Source: the human T2T-CHM13v2.0 reference genome, Homo sapiens. Taken from it: 64,000 nt of DNA. Under the pieces are notes generated by a model, which was not told where the DNA came from, did no database searches, and saw nothing but the letters and a program-made list of their open reading frames with translations. The stretch lies in NCBI RefSeq assembly GCF_009914755.1, contig NC_060931.1; one strand, written 5' to 3'. The translations under genes were made by a program, and so were the position numbers. Below, one piece after another: positions 1 to 11,960 of this stretch (positions within the stretch are counted from its first letter, which is position 1; every line of letters begins with the position of its first letter).

Positions 1-134
1 CTCTCTTAGATGATCATAGTGTACTGAAAAAAAAAAAATCTTCATCTGTATGGTCAGAACCGTAGGTGACTCTATTATAAGGGATTTTGATAAGCCTTAA
101 TTCAAACAGAATTTTCAGGCTTTATATTCTGTTT

Positions 135-352
135 ATATGTTGGGTCAAATGGTAGCTCGGTTTTAAGTTATTTGAGAAATGTCCAAGCTGTTTTCCACAG
201 TGGCTGAGCTAATTTACTCCCACCAACAGTGTGTAAGTGTTCCCTTTTCTCAGCAGACTCTCCGACTTCTGTTGTCTTTTGACTTTTTAATAATAGCCAC
301 TCTGACTGGTAGAAGATATTTTGATTTGCATTTCTCTGATTAGTGATGATGG
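135..352 (-). mobile_element. L1 (L1PB-like) ORF2 3' fragment
   Basis: gggtcaaatggtagctc...ttccacagtggctga...tttgcatttctctgattagtgatg is antisense L1 ORF2 C-terminal sequence; ORF 168..377 translates to an L1-like peptide (AEKREHLHTVGG..QPLWKTAW). Confidence 0.8.
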
Positions 353-493
353 TGCTGTAAAAACCAATACTTACCATCCCCCAAATAACCTATTGTCTGA
401 GTTTTAAAGTCTAAGATACAGATGGTATCATATATCTTAGACAATTATATTAAAAAGCTTTGCCATCAGATCTATTTCTCTCTCAACAAAAGG

Positions 494-2091
494 TTTTTTC
501 TTCCAACTTTTATTTTAGATACAGGGAGTACATGTGCAGGTTTGTTACATGGGTATATTGCACTCAGGTAGTAAATATAGTCCCCAGTAGGTAGTTTTTC
601 AACCCACGCTCTCCACCATAGTCCACAGTATCTATTGTTTCCATGTTTATGTTCATGTGTGCTCAATGTTTAGCTCCCACTTATAAATGAGAACACATGG
701 TGTTTGGTTTTCTGTTCCTGCATTAATGCATTTAAGATAATGGCCTCCAGCTGCATCCATGATGCTGCAAAATATATGATTTTGTTATTTTCTATGGCTG
801 TGTAGTATTTCATGGTGTATATATACCACATTTTCTTTATCCAGTCCACCACTGATAGGCACCTCCATTAATTAAATGTCTTTGCTATTGTGAACAGTGC
901 AGTGATGAACATACAAATGAATGTGTCTTTTTGTTACAATCATCTATTTTGCTTTGTGTATTCCAGTAATGGAATTGCTGAGTCAAATGGTAGCTGTCTT
1001 TTAAGTTCTTTGAGAAATCTCCAAACTGCTTTCCACAGTGGCTGAACTAATTTACATTCTCACCACCATCTCACTGGTGTGAGATGGTATCTCATTGTAG
1101 TTTTAATTTGCATTTCTCTGAAGATTAGTGATGATGAGCATTTTTCATATATAATATTGATTGGCTGGCTGCTTGTATTTCTTCTGAGAAGTGTCTGTTC
1201 ATATCCTTTATCTATTTTTAAATAGAGTTTTTTGTTTTTTGCTTGTTGATTTGTTTAAATACTTTATAGATGCTCGATATTAGACCATTGTTGGATGCAA
1301 AGTTTGCAAATATTTTCTCCCATTTTGTAGGTTGTCTGTTTACTCTATTAATGGTTTATTTCACTATGCAAAAGCTCTTTAGTTTAATTAGGTCTCACTT
1401 GTCAATTTTTGGTTATTTTGCAGTTGCTTTGGGGATTTTTCAAAAATTCTTTTCCAAGGCTGATGTAGAGAAGAGTATTTCCTAGGTTTTCTTCTAGAAT
1501 TTTTCCAGTGTAAGGTCTTACGTATAAATCTATAATCCATCTTGGTTAATTTTTTATGTGGTAAAAGGTAAGGGTCCAGTTTTATTCTCCTGCATATGGC
1601 TAGGAAACAATCCCAGCACTATTTACTCAGTAGAGAGTCATTCCCCATTGCTTGTTTTTGTCAGCCTTGTCAAAGATCAGATAGTTGTTTAAGTGTGCGA
1701 CTTTATTTCTGGGCTCTCTAATCTGTTCCATTGGTCTATATTTCTCTTTTCTGTACCAGTGCCGTGCTGTTTTGGTTACCATAGCTTTATAATGCAGTTT
1801 AAAGTTGGGTAGTGTGATGCCTCTTGCTTTGTTCTTTTTACTTAGCATTGCTTTAGCTATTTGGGCTCTTTTTTGGTTTCATATGAATTCTGGTGTAGTT
1901 TTTTTTCTAATTCTGTGAAGAATGACCTCGTTAGTTTGAAAAGAATAGCATTGAATCTGTAAATTGTCTTGGGCAGTATGGTCATTTTAATGATATTGAT
2001 TATTCCAAACCATGAGCATAGAATGTTTTTCCATTTATTTTTGTCATCTCTGATTCCTTTCAGCAGTGTTTTGTAGTTCTCCTTGTAGAAA
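494..2091 (-). mobile_element. 5'-truncated L1 (L1PB/old L1PA-like), 3' UTR plus degenerate ORF2
   Basis: T-rich tail then acatgtgcaggtttgttacatgggtata; minus-strand ORFs 670..852 (DWIKKMWYIYTMKYY) and 1627..1848 ([21 protein letters not shown]) match L1 ORF2p. Confidence 0.92.
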
Positions 2092-2139
2092 TGTCAAAAT
2101 TTCTATGCTTTGTTGTGTATCACAGGAAAAGGAAAGACA

Positions 2140-2570
2140 GTCACTGAACTCTGCATTCTCTGGGATCCATGCTAGTGGGTCTCCACCTGGGTTCAGTCAA
2201 TGACAGACATTGTCAGGAGGTGAGAGAGTGAGAGAAAGGGTCAGTCAAGGATATATTCCTCTCTCTATTTTCTGTCTAAAATGGTGTCTTTGGCAAAAGC
2301 TGTGCTTCTTCCCAGCCTCTATCTCCCTCTAGAAAAGCCCACCCTGATTCCAGCTTCCCCTAGATTATTATGATCTCTGAATTCTGGTGACACTACTTGT
2401 TCCCTTTGGCACTCAGTCCTAAGGGTTGTAGTAGTATTGCTTCTTAATCTCTGGGTAACCTTACAGATTTCCTGTTTAGTATTTCAGCTTTTTCATTCCT
2501 TACCTCCAAAACCAGTTCCTTGTATTAAATCCCTGCTGTTTACAATCTAAGAGTGATTTTTACAGTTGTG
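2140..2570. mobile_element. old ERVL-type LTR (LTR33/LTR41-like), tentative
   Basis: gggttcagtcaatg...caggaggtgagagagtgagagaaag and ttgtattaaatccctgctgttt resemble this LTR group; highly diverged. Confidence 0.4.
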
Positions 2571-2959
2571 TTCTTCACCGATGTGAAGTCCTAGAGGTGA
2601 CAATATTTGTATTTATGTGCTTGCCTAATAACTATTTATTCCATACATTGGCACTGGCTTTTAAATTTTTCAAATGAATATGAGATAGGCAGAGATGATG
2701 AGACTTTGATTGCTGGTTATTCTTCCAAATTGTTTATCTGAAAACTGCTAGGTAGGAAGATCTACCAAATACCCATTTTTATGTCAGTCTGAAAAAAACA
2801 AAACAATTAAATCCTTTGAGAGAAATAGTAATGTTTTTGTCTTTGACACCAACTTATTCCTTATTGTAAATAATGATCAGATGAGTAAAAATTAGTAATA
2901 GCTAATGGAACAATTATATTATTGGGTGTCTATTTCCTCAGGGGTTGTCCTGATACTAT

Positions 2960-3660
2960 TTAATTGAACAATCATTTATTGAACTAGTCTGTGCCAAATA
3001 TTATGCTAAACCTAGGCATATAAAAATGAATGAGGCACAAAACCTGCCCAAAGGAAGTTCAATCTATTAGAAGTATCAGATAAACAAGTAAATTTTTAAT
3101 ACTGAGTAATAATGACAGGATGGGAAAATATACAAGGTGTGGGAAATGTAATACATTCAGAGGGATTGAGCAGGAAATGTTTTCTGAACTAACATCTAAG
3201 TAATATTTTGAAGAACTGATATCATTCCAAGCCAGGCACTGTGTTAGAGAACTAAGTGAGAGGAAAATAATGAAAGGGTTTGCTTGCCATTATAATGAGT
3301 CAGGGATTCAATATCTTCTGAACAGTTAAAGGTTATAGGTATGAGATAAACATTCAGACACATGCTTTTGAGTTACATTATGAAACAAGCATAAAGAAAG
3401 AAAGGCTGGCTAAGAAATTGATGTGACTGAAACATACATCTCTGGACTTGACAGTAATGAGAACACGAACCAAGGCCACAGGAATGGAAACTGGGTGGGA
3501 ATGATGTGTTCAAGAGATATTTAGAAGGTAGAGTTTCGTGCCATTATGACTGTTTCAGTGCACTGTATTAGAGAATGAGGAATACTACTCAGACGATACT
3601 AATTTATTCAAGTATTTTGTAATCCAACACTAGATATTATCCTTGAATTGGAAAACAAAT
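2960..3660 (-). mobile_element. L2 fragment(s)
   Basis: catttattgaactagtctgtgccaaatattatgctaa...aaaatgaatgaggcac is the antisense L2 3'-end pattern; boundaries approximate. Confidence 0.55.
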
Positions 3661-4007
3661 GGGAATTAGAAGTCTGTAATAAGCTCAACACGGCTGAAAT
3701 TTTTTCCAGCTTTGGCAAATTGTTAATTGAGGCAGCAAAATGAACTGATTAAGAGGAGGAATTCTGAAGCCAGAATTTCTGGCTTTGAACTCATGGTCTG
3801 CCAGAAAATATTCATAGCTGTTTGTTGAATAAATGAATGAATAGATGAATAAATAAATACCAAATAAAAAACAGATTAAAAATGGGAAGAAAGACAAGTA
3901 CTTAGAAACATACAGGTATTTGATATCTTAGCTAATATTTCTGCAACTCACTTTCTTTATCTATGGAATGGGATATGGAATAGAAACTACTTGTCATGGT
4001 TGATAAT

Positions 4008-4417
4008 TGTCTTAGTCTGCTCATACTGTCGTAACAAAACGCCACAGACTGGCTGTCGTAAACAACAGAGATTTATTTTCTCTTGGTTCTGGAGGCTGGA
4101 ATGTTGAAGATCACGGTTCAGGCAGGGTTCAGTTTCTGGTGAGAACCCTCTTCCTGGCTTGCAGATGGTGCCTTCTCACTGCATCCTCACATGGCCTTGC
4201 ATGCACACAGAGTGAGATGAGAGAGACAGAAAGAGAGAGAGATAGAGAAAGCTCTTGTGTATTGTTTTGTAAGTAAACGAATTCTATCAGATCAGGTCCC
4301 CACTTCACTCATTTAACCTTAATTATTTCCTTACTCCAATATGGCCACTGTGGAGGTTAGGGGTGGCCATATTCGATATATGAATTTTGGGGGAATACAT
4401 AGATTCAGTCCATAACA
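4008..4417 (-). mobile_element. MLT1A/B-type MaLR solo LTR
   Basis: TG...CA termini (tgtcttagtctgc ... ttcagtccataaca), MLT1 core cacagactgg...aacaacaga...ttctggaggctgg, 5-bp TSD ATAAT at 4003-4007 and 4418-4422. Confidence 0.88.
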
Positions 4418-4659
4418 ATAATATATCTAAAGAAATTGGAACAGAGCCTAATGAGATATTATTATCATCTTCATACCTAGAATATTTCTACTAAAATATA
4501 CCTATGAATGTCATTTCCAAAAAGATAAGGATTTATGTCCATTTTATTAACAACCGAATCCAAAGTTCCTGGAATAATGCAAATAGCAGGTGCTCAATAA
4601 GTATTCATTGAATGAATAAGAGAGTACCACTAATAGGCATATACAGTTGTTGTTATTCC

Positions 4660-4900
4660 TTTAATAAGCAGATAGTGCTTAGTATGTGACATACATTATT
4701 CCAATACTTTATATAACTCAATACATTTAATCCCTGTCATAACTTCATGAGATAGCCTAATTGCTTCCTTTTCACAAATGAGAACTCTGAGGTGATAAGA
4801 GGTATCACTGCTTGTCAAAGGTCACATAGGAAATAAATGGCAAAAGTAGTATATGAACCCAGACACTATGGCTCTAGAGTTTCATGCTATTATCGATGAC
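4660..4900 (-). mobile_element. MIR
   Basis: catttaatcc...ttttcacaaatgagaactctgagg...aaggtcacata...gaaccc follows the MIR core. Confidence 0.65.
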
Positions 4901-6034
4901 ACTACAGAGTTGGCTCTAGGGTCCACAGACATGGCTGTAATGACAGTTCCCAAGTAAAGGGTCTCTTTTTTATTTAGGCAGAGTGTCTTAATTGATATGT
5001 TCACTGAAGGATCAAGTAAATTCAAAATGACAGCAAGCCTTTAATGATCTCTCCAGCTGGAATATTCGTTTCATAACTTGAGAAAAATAGCTGTGCTGGT
5101 TGCAGCTGAGATTCAGAAGATAGCAAATATCTCAGCATCCTGCTATTGCCAGTCTCACAAAGCTTTGGGTCTAAGTAGAAGTTGGTATAATATTCCTTGT
5201 TTTAATTATTTTGCATCTGTGCTACATTTTACTCTTGCATGTTTATTTCTTTCTGTCATACACCTTATTTCACCTGATCTTTGTAACCTCTATGTTTTGT
5301 ACTATATTCTGCTATGTTTCTTATTTCATCTTCTTACACGCTATCCTTTCTGTTCATGCACTTTTTTCTTCCACAATAAGACTTCATTCTTTACTGTTAA
5401 GACTCACATTCTTTTTGGCTTCTTGCAGTTGTTTTTGTGATTTTCTTCATTTGTTTTTCTGTTTTTTCTTGGCTCTGCATGATAGACAGCGATTATTTAT
5501 CAGCCATTTGTGGTTTCTTAACATTGCCAACAGGCTGACAATTTTCCCATTTCTTTCTCTGTGAGGTTTCTGAATCATCTTTTAAAGTAGTTCTCTGTAC
5601 CAGAAAAACAGAATATCAAAATGCTGAGCGACAGTTTACATGAAACATGCACTTTGCTTTGATTGTCTTTTTCTGAGACAAAAACGTACCATTCCTGTGT
5701 TACTACAGTACCAACTTTCAGAACTGAAATTTTCTGCCAGTAAGTTAGTTCCTCTGGTCTAGATGATAAAAGCAGACTGATATTACAAGAAAACCATCTA
5801 AAAGTGCATATATTTTTAATTTGATTGTCCAGAAGGTATTCTGCATCCCTTTTCTATTGACATGCTGCTATGGATTAATGAATTTTCCTTAATATTCCCT
5901 ATTGATGAATCAGAGGGCTTTCACACAAATAAATTATTTTATTCCCGAAAGTAAATTTATCCTTCTAAAGATTAAGAAGGATTAAGCTTTGAGTTTATAG
6001 TATCTTCGTATCTATATATAAATGCATTAAAAAC

Positions 6035-6045
6035 ACACACTGACC

Positions 6046-6076
<31 letters not shown>

Positions 6077-6165
6077 ATATGCATAAATATGTTTGGCAGG
6101 TATATAATAATTCATATATTTTATATATTATAAATATTATTTAATATGTTATATAAATATCATTT
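6035..6165. repeat. (CA)n/(TA)n and AT-rich low complexity
   Basis: visible dinucleotide runs. Confidence 0.8.
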
Positions 6166-7667
6166 TATCTTTCAAACTTCTCCCTAAAACATTAACATTA
6201 CATTCTTCAATATACGTGAATTTCTACAGCTATTGCATTGAAAAGCAAGAACATCAGTCTAGCCATGTTTTATCAAAATTGCCTCAAAATGCATTTTTTG
6301 TCTCAGCATCCTTATCTTATGATGAAGAAAGACTAAGCTTGTAAAAACCCCACCTGCATGGAGAATTTTTTTTCCTAGGGTGGAAAATATAAGGGAGAAA
6401 GAAAGCAACTCATATCTTATCCATTATGATTAACAGCCCATGCTAATGACATTCATTAAGCTAAATGAGCAGGAGAATGAGGACTCAAGCTTTCTAATTG
6501 AGGCAGATTTATTTTTAGGATGAAATTCTCCCAAAATACATTTTCTTTTTTAAAACATTGAGTGTCATTTCAAGGCATATAATTTAAACAACTGATTATG
6601 GATGGGATATGCTTTAGCCCTTTTGGAAGTATAAAATTATACAACCAGCAAAATCATCATTATCACTTTTATAGTTTTATTATGACTATTATTTATTACA
6701 TGAGTGGATAAAATATAAAAAGGAAGGAAAAATGATCTTCATTAAAGTTAATGACTCATCTTAGCAATTTTGTTATTGAGTTAACTATTTAAGATCTCTT
6801 CTGCCCTAGATCTTCTGCTGAGTGAGAGTATTAGTCACATCTATTAAACACATACCTACAAAAATAGTAGCACCTTAGGATAAGAGGCTTGGAAATATGT
6901 TTTACATATGCTGATATCTACTTTGCTTTAAATTAAAAATATATATATACACATATTGACATACATATATGTAGCATATACGAATATTAGGAAGCCTGTC
7001 ACAAATAACATAGGTTTTAATACAAATTGTACACAGAAGATTCTACATATTGAAAGTATTTTTATAATAAATATGTATACTTCTTAATGTATTACTGAAA
7101 GATCAATGGACTTGTCATTAAAGGATCTGAATTTAACTTATACTTCTTCCAGTATTAGCTTTGTATTATGGGAGAGTCTCTAAAATAGAGATAGTAAATG
7201 TGAGCTCAAATAATAACTTCCAAAATTTTTTTTCTGACTACAACAAAGTAATTTGTTTTGAGCAAATCCTCTTACAAAAAAAATTATGAACGACAAAATC
7301 TATGAAACAACTATTTGAAAGCATTAGAGATAAACCAACTGAGGCAGGATTTAAGGATCTGTAATCCTTGAGAGAATGCAAGAGCATAAGATGATTTCCA
7401 CATTCATCCATCTTTTTCCTTGAAAACATTTTTCAATTCACTGCATCATAGAGCAGAGCCCAAGCAGAACCCAGCGTCTCACTTGGCTGAAAGTCAGTGA
7501 CTGGAATTTAAAGCTGCCAAATTGGATAAGACTCAAGAAGCAAAAATCTTTGAAATGAGGAAACTACTATAATGAGTAAAAAAAATCTACAGGCAAATCC
7601 CCTTCTAGTTTTTGATTAATTACCCATCCTTGCACATGAAAAATGAAACTGAAAAAAGAATGATGAA

Positions 7668-7840
7668 CAAAGGAAGAAGAAGGAAGGAAGGAAGGGAGGG
7701 AGGGAAGGAGGGAGGGACGGAAGGAGGGAGGGAAGGAGGGAGGGAAGGAGGGAGGGAGAGAGGAAGGAAAGGAGGGGAGGAAGAAAAGGAAAGAAGGAAA
7801 AAAGGAAGCAGGGAAGGAAGGAAGGAAGAAAAGAAAAAGA
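7668..7840 (+). repeat. polypurine (GGAA/GGGA)n simple repeat
   Basis: almost pure A/G tract; the G/E/R/K-rich ORF 7612..7857 is its by-product. Confidence 0.95.
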
Positions 7841-8357
7841 CTAGAAATGAATATTAGCTGAAAGGAAACAACTAAACAGAAATTTTATCAGTTATATAAT
7901 ACCAGGGAGGCAGATGTTGAAGATCAAACCCTGGAATGATGCAAATATTTTCTCAAATACTCCAAGTCTTTTGTTAAGGCCCCAGAAAAACCACAACCTA
8001 GGACTAAGGCCACCTCCTAGGTATAAGGAACATGCTTAAGAGCAAGGACTACCATCTGAAAGTAACAGTGAAAGTGATATAGAATAGTTCTATATGTGTG
8101 AAATCAGCACACAACAAACTCAAGGGAAGTACTAATACAGTATTTGCTGTCAAAGAAAATCTAACCCTCCCTGGAGAAAAATAACGTGTTCCAGAGTTAT
8201 TATAATTTTTCATCCAATGTGTTGAGAATTCAGTCAAAAATTACCAAATATATCAAAACATAGGACAAAATGACCAAAAATGAAAACAAACAAAAAAAAG
8301 GCAGGTAATAGAAGACCTAGAGTTGGTATTAGAATTGTCATACAAGGGCTTAAATAT

Positions 8358-8683
8358 AACTGTGTGATTAATATATTCAAGAAAGTAAAGAAAAGAATGT
8401 TGGATTTTAACAGAAACATGAAATTACACACACACACAAAGAGATAGAGACTCAATTCAGAATTAAGTAGCAAAATACACATTATTTTCATATACCCTCG
8501 GATCTTTTGCCAAAGTAAACTGTGTGATTAATATTTTCAAGAAAGTAAAGAAAAGAATGTTGGATTTTAACAGACACATGAAATTACAAACACACACAGA
8601 GATGGAGACTCAATTCAGAATTAAGTAGCAAAATACACATTATTTTCATATACCCTTGGATCTTTTGCCAAAGTAAACTGTGT
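8358..8683. repeat. tandem duplication, ~160-bp unit x2
   Basis: units start at 8358 and 8518; aactgtgt recurs at 8358, 8518 and 8676; few substitutions plus one 2-bp indel. Confidence 0.95.
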
Positions 8684-8782
8684 AATTGACATTGAAGCAA
8701 GTCTAAACAAATTTTAAAAACTAAAAATAGTCAAAGTACGTTATCTAAACACAATGGAATTTAAATAAAAATCGGTTTCGCA

Positions 8783-9024
8783 GGCCGGGCTTGGTGGCTC
8801 ACACTTGTAATCCCAGGATTTCGAGAGGCCAGGGTGGGAGGATCACTTGAGCCCAGGAGTTTGAGATCAGCCTGATCTCTCTTTTGTGAGACCCTGTCTC
8901 TACAAAAGTGAGATCAGCCTGATCTCTCTTTTGTGAGACCCTGTCTCTACAAAAGTGAGATCAGCCTGATCTCTCTTTTGTGAGACCCTGTCTCTACAAA
9001 AGTAAACAATAAATAAAATAAATA
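8783..9024 (+). mobile_element. FLAM / Alu left monomer with internal triplication
   Basis: ggccgggcttggtggctcacacttgtaatccca...ggatcacttgagcccaggagtttgaga; A-rich tail; no right arm. Confidence 0.9.
8863..9003. repeat. perfect 47-bp tandem repeat x3
   Basis: gagatcagcctgatctctcttttgtgagaccctgtctctacaaaagt at 8863, 8910 and 8957. Confidence 0.98.
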
Positions 9025-9099
9025 AGTTTCAGAAGGATAATTATAAAACTCCTCAAATGTTGGAAAATGTCATTTCTTATACATTTTATTCCTCCAAAA

Positions 9100-11960
9100 A
9101 ATTAAACCTAGAAAAAAAGTAAATAATTCCCAAATATCCTTTACCTGGAATCATCAATTTTTAACATTTTGTTCTACTTGTGTCATTATTTCTCTACATC
9201 TCACAGATGTAGAGAACAATTTGAAATGAAATTGCATACATTGTGCCCCATTTCCCACTTGAAAGTCAGTGTTAGTTCTCTAAGACTAAGATGCTCTTAT
9301 ATAACCATCGTAAAATAATCAAATTCATGTAATCTAACATTAGTATAATATTTTATTTATGTTTCTCATTCCAGTTTCTTCAACTGTCCTAATAACGTTT
9401 CTAGCCGTTTTTCTCATTCCTTGAACATATCTAGGATTATGTATGCATTTACTTGACGTATCTCTTAAATTGTCTTTTAATCTTTAAAGATTAAATCTAG
9501 AACATGTTTTAAGCCTTTCTTTAACTTACAGTACATTGACTTTTTTTTAGTTTTTAAGAACTTAGGTTTGTTATTTTAGTTGAATTTCCTTCAAATAGGT
9601 TTTGATGGTGTTTTCTTATGTTTAGATTCAGGTTAGGCTTTTTTTGTGGGGTGGAAATCTGTGTAAGTAATGCTGTGTCCTGCTTAGGATGTCATATTCA
9701 GACACACAGGATGTTTGTTCCCTGTTAGCGACCATGGCAATTTTGATTACTTGGTTGAGATGTTGTCTGGTTTATTGCCTATATAGTTATTATTTTTCTT
9801 TAAATATTTAGTTTAGAGAGAGATAATTCGAGGCAATGTAATTATTCTCTTCCTCATCAAAATTTTTACCTCTAAAGTTAACAGCTGTTGTTTCTTGCCT
9901 GCAAAATTTTTACTATAATGGTACAAAATGATAATTTTTTACCCTATCATCCCTTTTATGTTCATAGGTGAGAATTATATTGTAAAAAAAAGATTTTTTA
10001 TTATTTTCTTCACATTTACATATTTGTGTTGTTAGTATGAAATCATGGATTTTTACTTCAGTCCATGGATCATAATCCATGACTGTTCGTATTTAATTAG
10101 ACATACAAGTTGTTCCAGATCTGGCCAAAAAGAGCCCCCCTTCAGTCTCATCCCTGTGTATTTTTAGTATGCTAATATTTTGGCATACTAACATTTCTGT
10201 TTGTTCACTTCCCAATTTGCCGGCACCAAAAATGATTCAGGTTCATCCTAACCATTTTTTCTCTAGCACTAAAATTAGCTATTTCTCCAAGAATCTCTAA
10301 TGTCTTGTAGTGAGAAATGATATTTATAAAGAAAGATCCAGATTTCTGCATGCTAAATGTGCTTATTGCTAATGGAATATTGATTGCTTCGAGGCCCTTT
10401 CAAGGACACAGCTGGCTGGAGTTGGGCAGGGAAGTGAGGAGGCAGAGATAGATGAATAGATACTCAAAAAAATTCATTTTTGCCTTTCCCAATTCATATT
10501 TGTATGCTTCCATTTCCACAGTGAGAAAACTGAATCCCAATAATATCATTATATTTAATCATTTGCGCTATAATTACTATACACATAATAGTCATAATTG
10601 TTAAATCTTTAAAAAATAAAAACAAGTCTATTAAGATAAGTTTCAGATATGTTTGGAGTTCTTTTTTTATTTTGTCCAAAGGATATGTAGTCAAACAACT
10701 GCATTTCAACATCAATTGGATTAGTGTTTTTTATTTTATTTTATTTTTCTATTTTAGTGATGGGTTATTTTGAAATTAGATATATAATTGGTTCTTTTTT
10801 TTGTTTTTGCATTGTTTATTTTTGAATATGTACAGTATTAATATGATTTAAAACTGTAGTAAATGTTATACTCACTGAAATGTTACTTTCTGTATTATTT
10901 TTTTTACCCTTTTCTCAACTCACACTTGTAGATAAACTAATATCATTATTCTTTTTATATTCTTGCTGTATTCCTTACTGTAAAATTAGCAAATATTTTA
11001 ATGTTTTCTTATTTTCCCTTGTGACTTACATGGAAATAGCATACTATATACACTCTTCGGCTATTTGCTTTTTTTTTTTTTAATTTAGCGATATATTCTA
11101 GAAATTTCTCCATATCAATTTATATATTCTTGTATTATTTTAAACAGCCGCATAGTCTTTCATTGTGTGTATATACAATAGTTAATTCCACCAATTTGCT
11201 ATGTTGGTTATTTACATAGTTCCCAACATTTTGCAATTACAAATAACGCTACAATGAACAACCGTGTATGTGTATTTTTTGTATTATTAAAATACTTTCA
11301 TGGTAAATTCACAGATATAAGATGACTGTGTCAAAGGACAAATGCATAGGCATTTCTGCTAAATATTGCCAAATTCCCTTCCAAAGAGGTTGTGCTATTT
11401 TGTGTCCCCTCCCCACAAATTACAGTTTCTCCACAGCCTCATTAGTAAAGTGTATTGTCAAGTTTCTAAGTTTTTGCCATTTGTATATGAGAAATGGTAT
11501 GTAAACACAGTTTTAATTTATGTAATTCTGTTTATACATGAAGTTAAATATATCTTAATGCATTTATGGCTATCTTTATTTTTGTGACTTGTTTGCTTAT
11601 TTTTCCCCATTTTTCAAAAAATTTTAGGAAATTCTAAAATTTGAAAAAGTTCTATTTGTATTTAGGATATGACTCTGAACAAGGAATATATTTTGTCAAT
11701 ATTTTCGTCAACTTTGATATCAATTTTTTGACTTTGTTTATGGTGTTTTTGTTGTTGTTTTTATTTGGTTTTGTTTACATACAAAACTCTAAAAATTATT
11801 TCTATGTACAACATTTCATCAATCATTTTTTAAATTGCATCAGATTTTGTGCTCTACCTAGAAAGCATTCCTCTATAATCCAGGTTATAAAGGATTTCAC
11901 CTATGTTTCCTGCTACTACTTGCATAATTTCAAATATTAAATTTATATTTCTGATTTTTA
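9100..11960 (-). mobile_element. old L1 (L1MC/L1ME-like) fragments
   Basis: T-rich strand; motifs such as tttagattcaggtta, ctatttctccaagaatc, ttttgcaattacaaataacgctacaatgaaca, attgccaaattccct; probably several pieces. Confidence 0.6.

Larger units (their letters stand above)
7240..8780 (+). mobile_element. old L1M fragments (5'/ORF1 region and ORF2 endonuclease region)
   Basis: A-rich strand with L1M-like motifs (aaaatgaccaaaaatgaaaa..., caaaatacacattattttca...aacacaatggaatt); highly diverged. Confidence 0.5.

Noticed and set aside
5078-5564. Overlapping 120/117-aa hydrophobic ORFs as membrane proteins
   Set aside because: F/L/C richness follows from T-rich low-complexity DNA; TTG starts; no homology recognised
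7612-7857. G/E/R/K-rich ORF
   Set aside because: Translation of the polypurine simple repeat
8863-9003. CRISPR-like array (palindromic direct repeats)
   Set aside because: No unique spacers, no cas genes, primate Alu-derived context; it is a tandem repeat
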